Below, one piece after another: positions 8,027 through 16,568 of a stretch of DNA of 64,000 nt. The notes beneath the pieces were generated by a model. That model had not been told where the DNA came from and did not search any database. It was given only the letters and a program-made list of their open reading frames with translations. Source of the stretch: a virus. Made by a program: the position numbers and the translations under genes. The DNA lies in the IMG/VR virus record IMGVR_UViG_3300005337_000019, positions 1-64,000 of that record, one strand, 5' to 3'. Within the stretch, counting starts at the first letter, position 1; every line of letters starts with the position of its first letter.

Positions 8027-9826
8027 ATGACTCTCGGCACGACGCTGACCGCCGGAACCGATCAAGTAACGTTCGCCGACAACATCGCTCCGTCCGTCGT
8101 GATGAACAGCACGACCACGGACCTCGTTCGCTTCTTCCGCGACTACGCGAACAACGGCAAGAACCCCGAGTACACCGCTTTCGAGGCGCGCATCAACTAC
8201 GGCTCGACGCCGTTCCGCCGCACGCAGGGCGCGGGGGTATGGGAGTTCATCAACGACGCCGTCGACGGTGCCGGCGGGTTCGCGAACGGCGCCTATCTCT
8301 TCCCCTTCAAGCTCGAGCTCGACGCGCAGAACTATCCCACCCTCAAGTATCGGAAGCGGCAAGAACAGGCCGACTACGACAACTTCGCGAGCCACGTCTG
8401 CAACACGCCATGGGATGTGATCGTCGAAGCGGCCGACATGATCGAGCGGAAGGCCAAGGACGGCACGCCGGCGGCCGAGCTGCTGGATGAGTTCTGGCAC
8501 AACTGCGATCGCCATGGGACGGCGATCCTCGACTTCCTCGAGTTCGCCCACAAACAAGCGCGCCGGTTCGGGACGGGCATCATCATCATGGACCGCCCGC
8601 CGTTCGTCAATCGAAGCGAGGCGGACAACCGCAAGGCGGAAAACCGTCCGTGGGTGTATGCCGTTCCGACGCAGAACGTCGTGCACTGGGAGTTCGATGA
8701 GCATGGCGAGCTCGCCGGCATCATCGTGCTCGAGCCGCAGCTCGCCGCGGCGGAAGACGGCGGCGGTCGAAAGTCCGCCACGAACATCCGCGTGTGGACG
8801 CGCGACCAATGGGCCGTGTTCCGTCAGACCGACGAGAAGCGGCAGGACGGCACCATCGGCAAGATGCCCGGCACCGCGGAATCGTACGAGATGATTTCGA
8901 GCGGCACGCATCGCCTCGGCGAGGTACCGGTCGTGGCAATCTACAACGACCCTCCGAAGCCGGGCCATCTTCTCGCGCACAGCGAGATGCTGGATGTCTC
9001 CCGCCTGGCGCAAACCGTCTACAACATCGACAGCGAGTCGCGTGAGATCGAGCGGAAGTGCGCGCTGTTCCTAGCGATCCCGGTCAAGTCGACCGACGCG
9101 TTCAGCGAAAAGAAGGCGATCCTCTCAACCGAAAGCGCGCTGCTCGTCGACGGTGACGCCGGCCTGCCGGCGTGGATTTCGCCGGACCTCGCCATCCTCG
9201 AAAAGCTCGACGAACGGCGCACGGCGAAAAAGAACGACGCATATCAGATGGCCGGCCTCGGTGCGCTCGTCGGCACGACCGAGAACGTGAAGACCTCGAG
9301 CGGCTACCACGCCGAGGTTGAGGTGAAGAAAACCGAGCGGCGCATCTCGCGTCACGCAGCCATGCTCGAGGCGGCGGAGAAGCGTCTCGCGCGCCTGTAC
9401 CTCAAGTTCTACGGCATCGACGCGGACAAGCAAGACGATCTGTTCACGATCACCTACCCGCGCGAATATGGCGTTCGCGACATGGATGGTCTGGTGCTTC
9501 GCACGCAGAGCATCCTCGACATGAACTTGGGCGAGACGTGGGACGGCCGCACGCTCGAAACGCTGGCAAATGCGCAGTTCCCTCGCATGACCGACGCCGA
9601 GATCCACGACATGATCGAAGAGGCCGTGAAAGAGCGTAGCGCCGTTCGGAAGCAACAGCAGGAGCTCGACCGGGTAACGGCCATGGCGAAAATGATCGCG
9701 AAACCGGAGGCCGGTCTAGGAGCGGCGTCGAACCGACCGGGCGCACCGGCGCCTGGCGGCGGCGCGCCGAAGAACCCCGCGGCGAAGCCGCCGGCGCCGA
9801 AGCAAGCCGCAGCGCGCCCGAAATAG
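8027..9826 (+). CDS. Portal protein
   Basis: Follows terminase; AAGGAG RBS; NVVHWEFD, IRVWT, HRLGEVPVV, ITYPREY features typical of SPP1-like/DUF4055 portals. Confidence 0.85.
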   Translation: MTLGTTLTAGTDQVTFADNIAPSVVMNSTTTDLVRFFRDYANNGKNPEYTAFEARINYGSTPFRRTQGAGVWEFINDAVDGAGGFANGAYLFPFKLELDAQNYPTLKYRKRQEQADYDNFASHVCNTPWDVIVEAADMIERKAKDGTPAAELLDEFWHNCDRHGTAILDFLEFAHKQARRFGTGIIIMDRPPFVNRSEADNRKAENRPWVYAVPTQNVVHWEFDEHGELAGIIVLEPQLAAAEDGGGRKSATNIRVWTRDQWAVFRQTDEKRQDGTIGKMPGTAESYEMISSGTHRLGEVPVVAIYNDPPKPGHLLAHSEMLDVSRLAQTVYNIDSESREIERKCALFLAIPVKSTDAFSEKKAILSTESALLVDGDAGLPAWISPDLAILEKLDERRTAKKNDAYQMAGLGALVGTTENVKTSSGYHAEVEVKKTERRISRHAAMLEAAEKRLARLYLKFYGIDADKQDDLFTITYPREYGVRDMDGLVLRTQSILDMNLGETWDGRTLETLANAQFPRMTDAEIHDMIEEAVKERSAVRKQQQELDRVTAMAKMIAKPEAGLGAASNRPGAPAPGGGAPKNPAAKPPAPKQAAARPK

Positions 9827-9860
9827 GTCATGATTGCTCCGTAAAAGGAGGAGGCATCTC

Positions 9861-10958
9861 ATGTTCAAGGTTTTTGTCGGAAGAGACCGAGGCCGCGGAT
9901 TCAATTTCGTCGCGACATATCTCGATGACGGTGTGTCGTGGGCAGACTTTCTCATCTCCCTCGATCTCCAGGGAGCCGAAGCCGACGCGATCTACTGGAC
10001 CGCGCAGGACACGAGCCGTTCAGCGTTCATCGGCACGGGCGTGGAGCAACAAGGCAACGCCATCTACGAGCATGTTCCGCAAGGCGCGGTCGGTCCGACG
10101 CTGGAGGACGGGAACGTCATTCTGTTGAATCCGGTCGTGCTGCCGGAATCGCTACGCGTTCGCTCCGTCAACGGCCAGACCGGAAACGTGCACGACATCG
10201 CGGCGGCAAGCCTGAAGACGGCAACGGGGTCCGTGGACGTTGCGGCGGCCACTGCACCGAGCACCGGTCAAGTTCTCACCGCCGTCGATTCGACGCACGC
10301 AACGTGGCAGAGCCCCGCGGGCGGCGGAGCTGCGAGCGGCCTCGCCTCGCAGGACGGCGTGGTGAACGTCAGCAATTCGTCCGGACCCCTCGCAGGGCAG
10401 ATTCTCACCGCGGTCGACGGCACGCATGCCGAATGGCAGGACGCGCCTGCCGGTGGTGGTGGCGGAGCGGCGGTTGCGGCGAAGCGACTGAGCACCAACC
10501 TCGGCTCCTCCACGACGCCGTACGACTATCAGCAAGTGTCCGACCTGCAGATCCCGTTCGTCGGTGGCAAGACGTACGCGTTCGATGCGCTGCTGGTGTG
10601 CGTGTCGATTTCTGGAAGCGGTATCTCGGCCGGAATCAATGGAAGCTGGGTCGACGGAGCGCCTTCGGATGTCATTTCGGAGACGCTCCTTTACAAGAGG
10701 AGCCTCGGCGGCGGGTTCACCACCTTCGACAAAGGCTACATCGACACGTCGGACGAAGGTTCGAACTGGCCCGGACAGCAGACCCTCGACGTGGGGACGC
10801 CGACCGGGAATCAGCTCGTCTCTTACCGCATCCACGGATCGTTCACGGCGAATTCGGACGGCTATCTCGTTCCATGGTTCTCGATCACCACGGGCAGCGA
10901 TCAGGGCTTCATGCGCCGCGGTTCATTCGTGAGCCTGACCGAATTGATCACGGCATAA
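9861..10958 (+). CDS. Fibre-like virion protein
   Basis: AGGAGG RBS; VRSVNGQTG motif, two GQ(V/I)LTAVD.THA.WQ repeats with Gly linkers, beta-sandwich-like C-terminus. Confidence 0.65.
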   Translation: MFKVFVGRDRGRGFNFVATYLDDGVSWADFLISLDLQGAEADAIYWTAQDTSRSAFIGTGVEQQGNAIYEHVPQGAVGPTLEDGNVILLNPVVLPESLRVRSVNGQTGNVHDIAAASLKTATGSVDVAAATAPSTGQVLTAVDSTHATWQSPAGGGAASGLASQDGVVNVSNSSGPLAGQILTAVDGTHAEWQDAPAGGGGGAAVAAKRLSTNLGSSTTPYDYQQVSDLQIPFVGGKTYAFDALLVCVSISGSGISAGINGSWVDGAPSDVISETLLYKRSLGGGFTTFDKGYIDTSDEGSNWPGQQTLDVGTPTGNQLVSYRIHGSFTANSDGYLVPWFSITTGSDQGFMRRGSFVSLTELITA

Positions 10959-11021
10959 ATCTATCGAAATGGCGTTCGGCGCGGGCAACCGCGCCGACAT
11001 AACTGAAGGAGGAAACGCCCC

Positions 11022-11570
11022 ATGCGTAATGCCCGCTTACTGTTGGTCCTGATGATCGCACTCATCTTTTCAGCGGCCGCTCTCGCGCAGGAGACGCCGA
11101 TCGTCGCCCGCGTCACGTTCGTCACCGGAAAGAAGCCGGCCTCGAGCTATTGCCGCGCCGGCACCTTCACGCTGTGGTTCGACGGCACGGTCATCCGCAG
11201 CGGCACCAGCGCCGACTGCACGACATGGCCGGAGTTCGGGCCGAACGTCGTGAAGAACGCTCACTTCGTTGTGCCCGGTACTTCGACGCCGACGCTCGGC
11301 GGTTGCGGGACTGGCGCGACGATCGCCGGAAACGACAGCGTCGGGCGCGTGACGCTCGGCTCGACGCCTGGCACATGCGTGGTCACCTTCGCGACCGCGT
11401 GGACCAACGCGCCCGTATGCACCTCGTACAACGAGACGCAGCACAGCGCGACGTTCCACCGAAACTCCGCAGTTCCCGGACCGACGCTCGGTATCGTGGT
11501 CTCTTCGTCCTCGGACGCCAATACGCCGGCGCAGAACGACGTGATCTCGTACACCTGCGCAGGCTATTGA
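11022..11570 (+). CDS. Secreted protein with fibre-tip-like domain
   Basis: Signal peptide ending AALAQ; GNDSVGRVTLG..VTFATAWTNAPVC motif. Confidence 0.65.
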   Translation: MRNARLLLVLMIALIFSAAALAQETPIVARVTFVTGKKPASSYCRAGTFTLWFDGTVIRSGTSADCTTWPEFGPNVVKNAHFVVPGTSTPTLGGCGTGATIAGNDSVGRVTLGSTPGTCVVTFATAWTNAPVCTSYNETQHSATFHRNSAVPGPTLGIVVSSSSDANTPAQNDVISYTCAGY

Positions 11571-11644
11571 CGACGCTCCGCGTCCTTGCTACCGTAGCGA
11601 TCAAACAACGCGCGACGCTGACCGCACACAGCTTCAACCGTTCA

Positions 11645-11680
11645 GGGGGCCCCGGCCACGCGCCGGGGCCCTTTGTTTTT
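11645..11680. terminator. Terminator between convergent genes
   Basis: gggccccggc/gccggggccc hairpin followed by T-tract. Confidence 0.7.
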
Positions 11681-11698
11681 GGTGGTGGGATCCGGCGG

Positions 11699-11986
11699 TC
11701 ACTTCTTCGCCGGCGGCGTGGTGACGACATGCACCTCGTGCATGCTCACGCGTGTGGTCTCCGGGACGTTGGCGTAATTCGCCTTCTGCCAGCGATCAGC
11801 TTCGTCGAACGTGGCGAACGTGCCGTAGTGGAAGAGTTGCCCGCAGCGCGAACCGACACCGGTCTCCACGCGAACGATCCAGTAGTCGGCTGGCTGCTGC
11901 AGGGTCGTCTCACCGCACGCGTAAACGCGGACAGTGAGAGCGAGGGATACGAGGAAGAGGACAACGAGGAAGAGTCGGATTTTCAT
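11699..11986 (-). CDS. Small secreted protein
   Basis: AAAGGAG RBS, signal peptide MKIRLFLVVLFLVSLALTVRVYA. Confidence 0.6.
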   Translation of the reverse strand: MKIRLFLVVLFLVSLALTVRVYACGETTLQQPADYWIVRVETGVGSRCGQLFHYGTFATFDEADRWQKANYANVPETTRVSMHEVHVVTTPPAKK

Positions 11987-12041
11987 GGTGTTGCTCCTTT
12001 CACTACAGAAGACACCACGAGTCCGAAAATTGTGGCGCGAG

Positions 12042-12302
12042 TCAGGGCCGCCGGCGGCGCAGTAGATGCCACGCCGCCAGACCGAGCCCACCGACCGCCA
12101 ACGCGAGCACCGCGCCAGTCGCCTGACCGAAGACGACGTACACCGGCCGCGCGACCGCGGCGACGGCCACGACGCCGACGCACGCGGTGCAGGTCCCGAG
12201 AAGCAAGAGAAGCGGCAGCACGAAGAACGCGCCGATCGCGGCGCCGGCGCCAGCTCCGACAGCGTTCGTGATCCGGACAGGCGTAGGTTGCTGGTCGTTC
12301 AT
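12042..12302 (-). CDS. Small membrane protein
   Basis: Two to three hydrophobic helices, basic C-terminus. Confidence 0.55.
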   Translation of the reverse strand: MNDQQPTPVRITNAVGAGAGAAIGAFFVLPLLLLLGTCTACVGVVAVAAVARPVYVVFGQATGAVLALAVGGLGLAAWHLLRRRRP

Positions 12303-12313
12303 CAGCGTCGTCC

Positions 12314-12829
12314 TCAATGCGGCGTCGTGCAGGAAAGCGTCGCGCCGCCGATCCACACCCACAGGCAGGGCTTCGGTCCGCCGGCGCCGTAGCACTCGCC
12401 TTTGGGGATGATCTGCGCGGCGTCGACCATGGTCAGCGTCAGGCGAATGCCGTCCGTCCCTTCGTCGTCTTCTTCGATGACGACGGGGACTTCGAACGCA
12501 TGCGTCTCGCGGAGATGAGCGACGGCCATCTCTTGCAGCGCCTCCTGGGTCTCTGGTGCGGGCCCGATCGTGTCGCACTTGGCGCACGTCACGTCCTTCC
12601 ACCACACGCCGGTGATCTTGATGCTGAGCGCCGAGATGAGTTGCAAGCGGATCACATCCGTGCGCCGGCGGTCGATCTCGTCTGCGAGCTTCTGACCGAG
12701 ACGCGCGGCAACGCGCGCCATGTTGTTCAGATCATCGGCCGAGAGCTCATCGAATATGCCCATGAGCGTGTTGTCGTCGCCCTCGGCCGCCGCCTGCATT
12801 GCTTCTGCTGCCATATGCCGGACCATCAT
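12314..12829 (-). CDS. Hypothetical protein with CxxC/His Zn-finger-like motif
   Basis: Part of overlapping minus-strand operon; CAKC...HLRETH. Confidence 0.6.
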   Translation of the reverse strand: MMVRHMAAEAMQAAAEGDDNTLMGIFDELSADDLNNMARVAARLGQKLADEIDRRRTDVIRLQLISALSIKITGVWWKDVTCAKCDTIGPAPETQEALQEMAVAHLRETHAFEVPVVIEEDDEGTDGIRLTLTMVDAAQIIPKGECYGAGGPKPCLWVWIGGATLSCTTPH

Positions 12830-13068
12830 TCCACTCCTGGCGGCGCAACTGCGCGCCCGTTATCTACTCTTCCAACTTCAACGCCGACACGGCGATCGTC
12901 ACACGTCCGGCAGATCAGCGCGAATACTTCGCGCGGCCACAAGTCGTTCACTCTGCCCCATGCATGGCCGTCATGCTGCCGGATGATCGCGTTCACTTGC
13001 TCGCGCACGGCTTTCGCTGCGCGTTGTCCAGCCGCATAGGCCGCGGCGCTGCGTTCTTGCGGTGTCAT
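12826..13068 (-). CDS. Hypothetical protein
   Basis: ATGA overlaps with both neighbours. Confidence 0.55.
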   Translation of the reverse strand: MTPQERSAAAYAAGQRAAKAVREQVNAIIRQHDGHAWGRVNDLWPREVFALICRTCDDRRVGVEVGRVDNGRAVAPPGVE

Positions 13069-13475
13069 GCCGGCCCCGGCCTTTTTTCAACGCCTTGCAT
13101 CTGCATTTGCCGCGTGATGTTGTTGCGCACGAACCCGACGCGACGATGTTCCGCCGGCGGCATCTCACCGCGACCATGGCGAAGCGGCCAGTGGTGAGCC
13201 AGCGCCTCAAGGCCCCACATGATGCGCTCGACCTCGTACTGCTGAAGGAGAAGCGCGAACAGGCGCGGCGTCTGCGTGTTCGGCTGATTATTCGCTGTCG
13301 CGCCGCAGAAGTCGGCCAAGCGACGAGATGCGCGGAAGACATTCAGCCGCTCGCCGGGGCTCATGTGCTGCACGGCCTCGAGGAGCGCCGCGTCGTCGCC
13401 AGCGACGGCCGCCCGCATCGCATCCGTAGCTGCTCGAGCAAGAGCATCCGCGTAGCTTTCACGATGATCACCCAT
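13065..13475 (-). CDS. Hypothetical protein
   Basis: Operon packing; N-terminus resembles that of 12314-12829. Confidence 0.55.
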   Translation of the reverse strand: MGDHRESYADALARAATDAMRAAVAGDDAALLEAVQHMSPGERLNVFRASRRLADFCGATANNQPNTQTPRLFALLLQQYEVERIMWGLEALAHHWPLRHGRGEMPPAEHRRVGFVRNNITRQMQMQGVEKRPGPA

Positions 13476-13821
13476 GCGCCGCCACCTTCACCTTGCGATC
13501 GTTCAGAAAGCGGCGCACCAATCCGGGGCCGCGGCCGTGGGACGTGAGGTGTTGCGCGAGTTGCGTCACGTCCGGGTTGCCGATGAAGAGAGCCTGCGCG
13601 CTTGCTTCCGGCAGATGGATCGATGCAGACGACGGGGCCCGGTCGTTCCCTTTCGCGAAACGCGCGTAGAAAATCACGGGGTGCTGCTGATCAGGATGCC
13701 GCGCGCGCAGCACTTCGAACCCGTTGCCAGGCGGTGAATCGATGACGCGCCATCCATGCGCCGCGAGCCATGCTCGAAAGTCTGGCAGGTGATTCCAGTG
13801 CAGCGTACAGCGATCAGCCAC
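13468..13821 (-). CDS. Hypothetical protein
   Basis: GGAGGAG RBS before GTG; FRAWLAAHGW..FEVLRAR. Confidence 0.6.
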   Translation of the reverse strand: MADRCTLHWNHLPDFRAWLAAHGWRVIDSPPGNGFEVLRARHPDQQHPVIFYARFAKGNDRAPSSASIHLPEASAQALFIGNPDVTQLAQHLTSHGRGPGLVRRFLNDRKVKVAAHG

Positions 13822-13990
13822 GGCTCCTCCGCTTGCGCGGCGCCGGCGGCGCGGCGTTGGCACCGCGGGCCGCCCACCGCGCGACCGCGGCCGCTCTCGC
13901 GCGATCGCTGCGTTCCTCCTTCGTCATCGCTGCGGCGCTGGCGCGGCCGCCCTTGGAGCTGATCTCCTGATGCTTGTTCTTGTGGGGCAT
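13814..13990 (-). CDS. Small basic protein with KGG-like motif
   Basis: SKGGRASAAAMTKEERSDRARAAAVARW. Confidence 0.65.
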   Translation of the reverse strand: MPHKNKHQEISSKGGRASAAAMTKEERSDRARAAAVARWAARGANAAPPAPRKRRSRG

Positions 13991-14007
13991 TCGACAGGTC
14001 TCCTCTC

Positions 14008-14529
14008 TCAATGATTCGCGCTATGCGCGTCGGGGTGATCGGTGATGCAGTCTTCCGGCGTGAGCAGTTCGTCGCCGTGAGGGCAAACGAACGGGTGATC
14101 CTCGTCGCCGCGCGCCATCGCGTCATCCGCCTGGATGATGGCGAAGGCCGTGACGGTCGAAGTGTCGCCCCCGTAGTAGCCGTGGTTCGGATGCAGGAAC
14201 GGATGCGCGCAATGCCGGCAGAGCACCGCCGCGGCGAGCGTCGCGATGCGCTTCTCCTCCTCATCTTCGCAGCGCGCCCGTATCTGGTCGGCGAACGCGG
14301 CGACATGGAGCCACAGCAGTCCGACCCGATCGAGCGCCGATAGCGAGGCCAGGACGCCACGCGGTCGCGCGTCAGCGTTGACGACGCGGGTCACGTCCTC
14401 GATGGCCCACGACTCGAGCACGTGAAGCTCGTTCATCGTCGGCTGCGGATAGAGACGATTCGCACGAGCTTCAGCCGCTTCGCGGATGCCCTGCTCGACT
14501 TCCTTGATGTTGGCAATGCGGCCGATCAT
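14008..14529 (-). CDS. Hypothetical protein
   Basis: Overlapping start with upstream gene; CxxC motif. Confidence 0.6.
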   Translation of the reverse strand: MIGRIANIKEVEQGIREAAEARANRLYPQPTMNELHVLESWAIEDVTRVVNADARPRGVLASLSALDRVGLLWLHVAAFADQIRARCEDEEEKRIATLAAAVLCRHCAHPFLHPNHGYYGGDTSTVTAFAIIQADDAMARGDEDHPFVCPHGDELLTPEDCITDHPDAHSANH

Positions 14530-14828
14530 GCCATCCTCCAGCGGCGGACCGGCTGCCCGTCGTTCGTGATGATTCCGCGGCGGTGGAGTTTGGCGAGCGC
14601 GGACGCGATGCGGAAGCCGCTGACCGCTTCAGCAGAGACGCCGTGGGAGGCGGCAAGGCGATGGGCAGCAGCGACGATCTCGCGGCACGTCATGCCGCGC
14701 GTCTTGTAGATGCCCTCGGCGTCTTTGATGACCTGACGGACGAGACGTTCGAAAACGGGGAGGCTGAGGTGCTTCGGCTTCGGCCCAAAGCAAACCAACT
14801 CGCGGGGAACCATGTTCGTCGTTTTCAT
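14526..14828 (-). CDS. Winged-HTH-like protein, leaderless
   Basis: MTCREIV...IASALAKLHRRGII..RW; ATG 7 nt from the class-1 -10 box. Confidence 0.6.
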   Translation of the reverse strand: MKTTNMVPRELVCFGPKPKHLSLPVFERLVRQVIKDAEGIYKTRGMTCREIVAAAHRLAASHGVSAEAVSGFRIASALAKLHRRGIITNDGQPVRRWRMA

Positions 14829-14835
14829 GATGATC

Positions 14836-14864
14836 AATCTAATGCTTGCCGGTTAGCATGTCAA
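14836..14864 (-). promoter_or_regulatory. Class-1 promoter with palindromic operator
   Basis: TTGACA-tgctaaccggcaagcat-TAGATT on the minus strand. Confidence 0.85.
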
Positions 14865-14877
14865 GTGGTGCGGACGC

Positions 14878-15180
14878 TCAGAACGGAATTTTTTTGAATG
14901 TCTCGCGCGCCGCGTCGAGGGCCATCTGGCGGGCAACGGCCTCGCCGCCCTCGTTCTCCTCCACGTTCGCAGCGGCGTAGTAGGCGCGCTGTTCGATGTC
15001 GAGCAGGTCGTTGAGGATGCGCTCGGCGTCGGCAGCGTCGGACCATGTGATTTTCGCGGCGCCCGTCGCCTCGAAAAGTTGCGTCCGCACACGGTCGAGC
15101 ATGTTTTCGAGCACACCCATGGTGTCGGCGAGGTGGTTGGCGGTGATGGTCTGCGGGTCGTCTTTCTTCGTCGTTTTCAT
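14878..15180 (-). CDS. Hypothetical protein, leaderless
   Basis: ATG 6 nt from the class-1 -10 box. Confidence 0.65.
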   Translation of the reverse strand: MKTTKKDDPQTITANHLADTMGVLENMLDRVRTQLFEATGAAKITWSDAADAERILNDLLDIEQRAYYAAANVEENEGGEAVARQMALDAARETFKKIPF

Positions 15181-15186
15181 GGTCAC

Positions 15187-15215
15187 AATTTATGCTCACC
15201 GCTTAGCATTGTCAA
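15187..15215 (-). promoter_or_regulatory. Class-1 promoter with palindromic operator
   Basis: TTGACA-atgctaagcggtgagca-TAAATT on the minus strand. Confidence 0.85.
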
Positions 15216-15258
15216 GTGGTATATACGATTTATATAACTGCCCGATGCGCGGATGGCC

Positions 15259-15277
15259 GTTCGTCATGGTATAGAAT
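15259..15277 (+). promoter_or_regulatory. Class-2 promoter motif
   Basis: gttcgtcatggtatagaat. Confidence 0.6.
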
Positions 15278-15285
15278 GAGGCGCT

Positions 15286-15915
15286 ATGCGGCACAGGATC
15301 GGCGATGGCCCCGTGATTTGCAACGGCACGACGCACAGGCTCCGAAAGGCGGATTCGTTCGTTCTTCTCGGCATCTGTCCGGCGACGATGATCATCTCGG
15401 GATATGTCGGGCCGTGGAACGCTCGGTCCGCATTCGAGCAGTCGCGCCTGCGTCAAAGCGGCCGGACTTGGCGCGCAGCCGAGCGCGCACTCAAATGCAT
15501 ATTCCGCGGGTTTCACGTCTTGCTCGTGGCGGACACCATGAGCAATGCGGAAAGGTTGTTTCGTCGGCAGATGCTCGACATCGCTCGCGCGTCACACGGC
15601 CTGAAGGAGTCGGATATCCCGCGGCACATGATTGAAGTCTCCGGGATGTGGTTCCTTGCCGAACGCCTCGCCGGCAAGCACTCGCAGCGGTGGCGCATCA
15701 TCTTCGACCACACCGCGAACATTACTGACCAGGTGCGCCAGATGATCGCGGCGGATCCCGCTCTCGTGGACTGGGCGGATGCGCCGGCGAGTGACGCGCG
15801 TTTGTGGTGGCGCCCTTCCATCACGAAGCATTCCGAAGCCATCTCGCGAAAGTGTTGGCGATGCCGTGCGGAGCGCGTGTTCAGTTCGCCGTCTGCTGGA
15901 GACGTGCAACCTTGA
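15286..15915 (+). CDS. Hypothetical protein with degenerate P-loop-like motif
   Basis: RQSGRT...VLLVA...IIFDH; start 8 nt after TAGAAT. Confidence 0.5.
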   Translation: MRHRIGDGPVICNGTTHRLRKADSFVLLGICPATMIISGYVGPWNARSAFEQSRLRQSGRTWRAAERALKCIFRGFHVLLVADTMSNAERLFRRQMLDIARASHGLKESDIPRHMIEVSGMWFLAERLAGKHSQRWRIIFDHTANITDQVRQMIAADPALVDWADAPASDARLWWRPSITKHSEAISRKCWRCRAERVFSSPSAGDVQP

Positions 15916-16163
15916 GCGATCCGGTTCCGTGGCAGTGCCCGTGCTGTGGGATGATCTGGTCGCCCAACATGGCGTTTTGCTTTTGGTGCTCGCCCATGGG
16001 CCAACTGAACGACGAGGTGCGCCTCTATCACGAGTGCCCTCGTCACGCCGACGTAATCGCGAACGCATTCCGCGCGATGGAGCGCGAGGCCGACGAGAAA
16101 CACGCGAAACGCGAGCCGTTCCGCGTCCCTCGGCGTCCGGACATTTCGCGGCGGAGCGAATGA
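15912..16163 (+). CDS. Small Zn-ribbon protein
   Basis: WQCPCCGMIWSP..CFWC; TTG start overlapping upstream stop. Confidence 0.5.
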   Translation: MSDPVPWQCPCCGMIWSPNMAFCFWCSPMGQLNDEVRLYHECPRHADVIANAFRAMEREADEKHAKREPFRVPRRPDISRRSE

Positions 16164-16168
16164 CGCGC

Positions 16169-16187
16169 ATTCGTCGTCATGTATAAT
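16169..16187 (+). promoter_or_regulatory. Class-2 promoter motif
   Basis: attcgtcgtcatgtataat. Confidence 0.55.
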
Positions 16188-16195
16188 GCGCGACC

Positions 16196-16384
16196 ATGAA
16201 AGCCCGACGTGAGATAGTCGTCGATCCGCGTTTGATTCGCGCGGCGCGCGATGTGGTGCGGCTGATGGACCGCCCGCTGTTCGGTGATGCGAAAGAGGCG
16301 GCCGCGGCATGGCGTGCCGGGACACGGCTCGCGAACGCGCTGCGACAGCACAGGGAGAAGGAGCGGCGCAATGCCCGAGCCTGA
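16196..16384 (+). CDS. Hypothetical protein
   Basis: Starts just after TATAAT. Confidence 0.5.
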   Translation: MKARREIVVDPRLIRAARDVVRLMDRPLFGDAKEAAAAWRAGTRLANALRQHREKERRNARA

Positions 16385-16568
16385 GACGTGCCGCGGCTGC
16401 GACGGCAACTCCACGGACGCCACGCACACCTGCAGAGCGAAGGGCTGCCCGCCCGTGATGACGTACGGCTGCGGCATCCGACAGATCAACTCCGGGGACG
16501 AGGAGCATCGCGAAATGATGCGGCAACTAATGTGGGCGGCGTACGACCGCCTGAAGGAGCACGCGTGA
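16371..16568 (+). CDS. Small Cys-rich protein
   Basis: AGGAG RBS; overlaps both neighbours. Confidence 0.45.
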   Translation: MPEPETCRGCDGNSTDATHTCRAKGCPPVMTYGCGIRQINSGDEEHREMMRQLMWAAYDRLKEHA

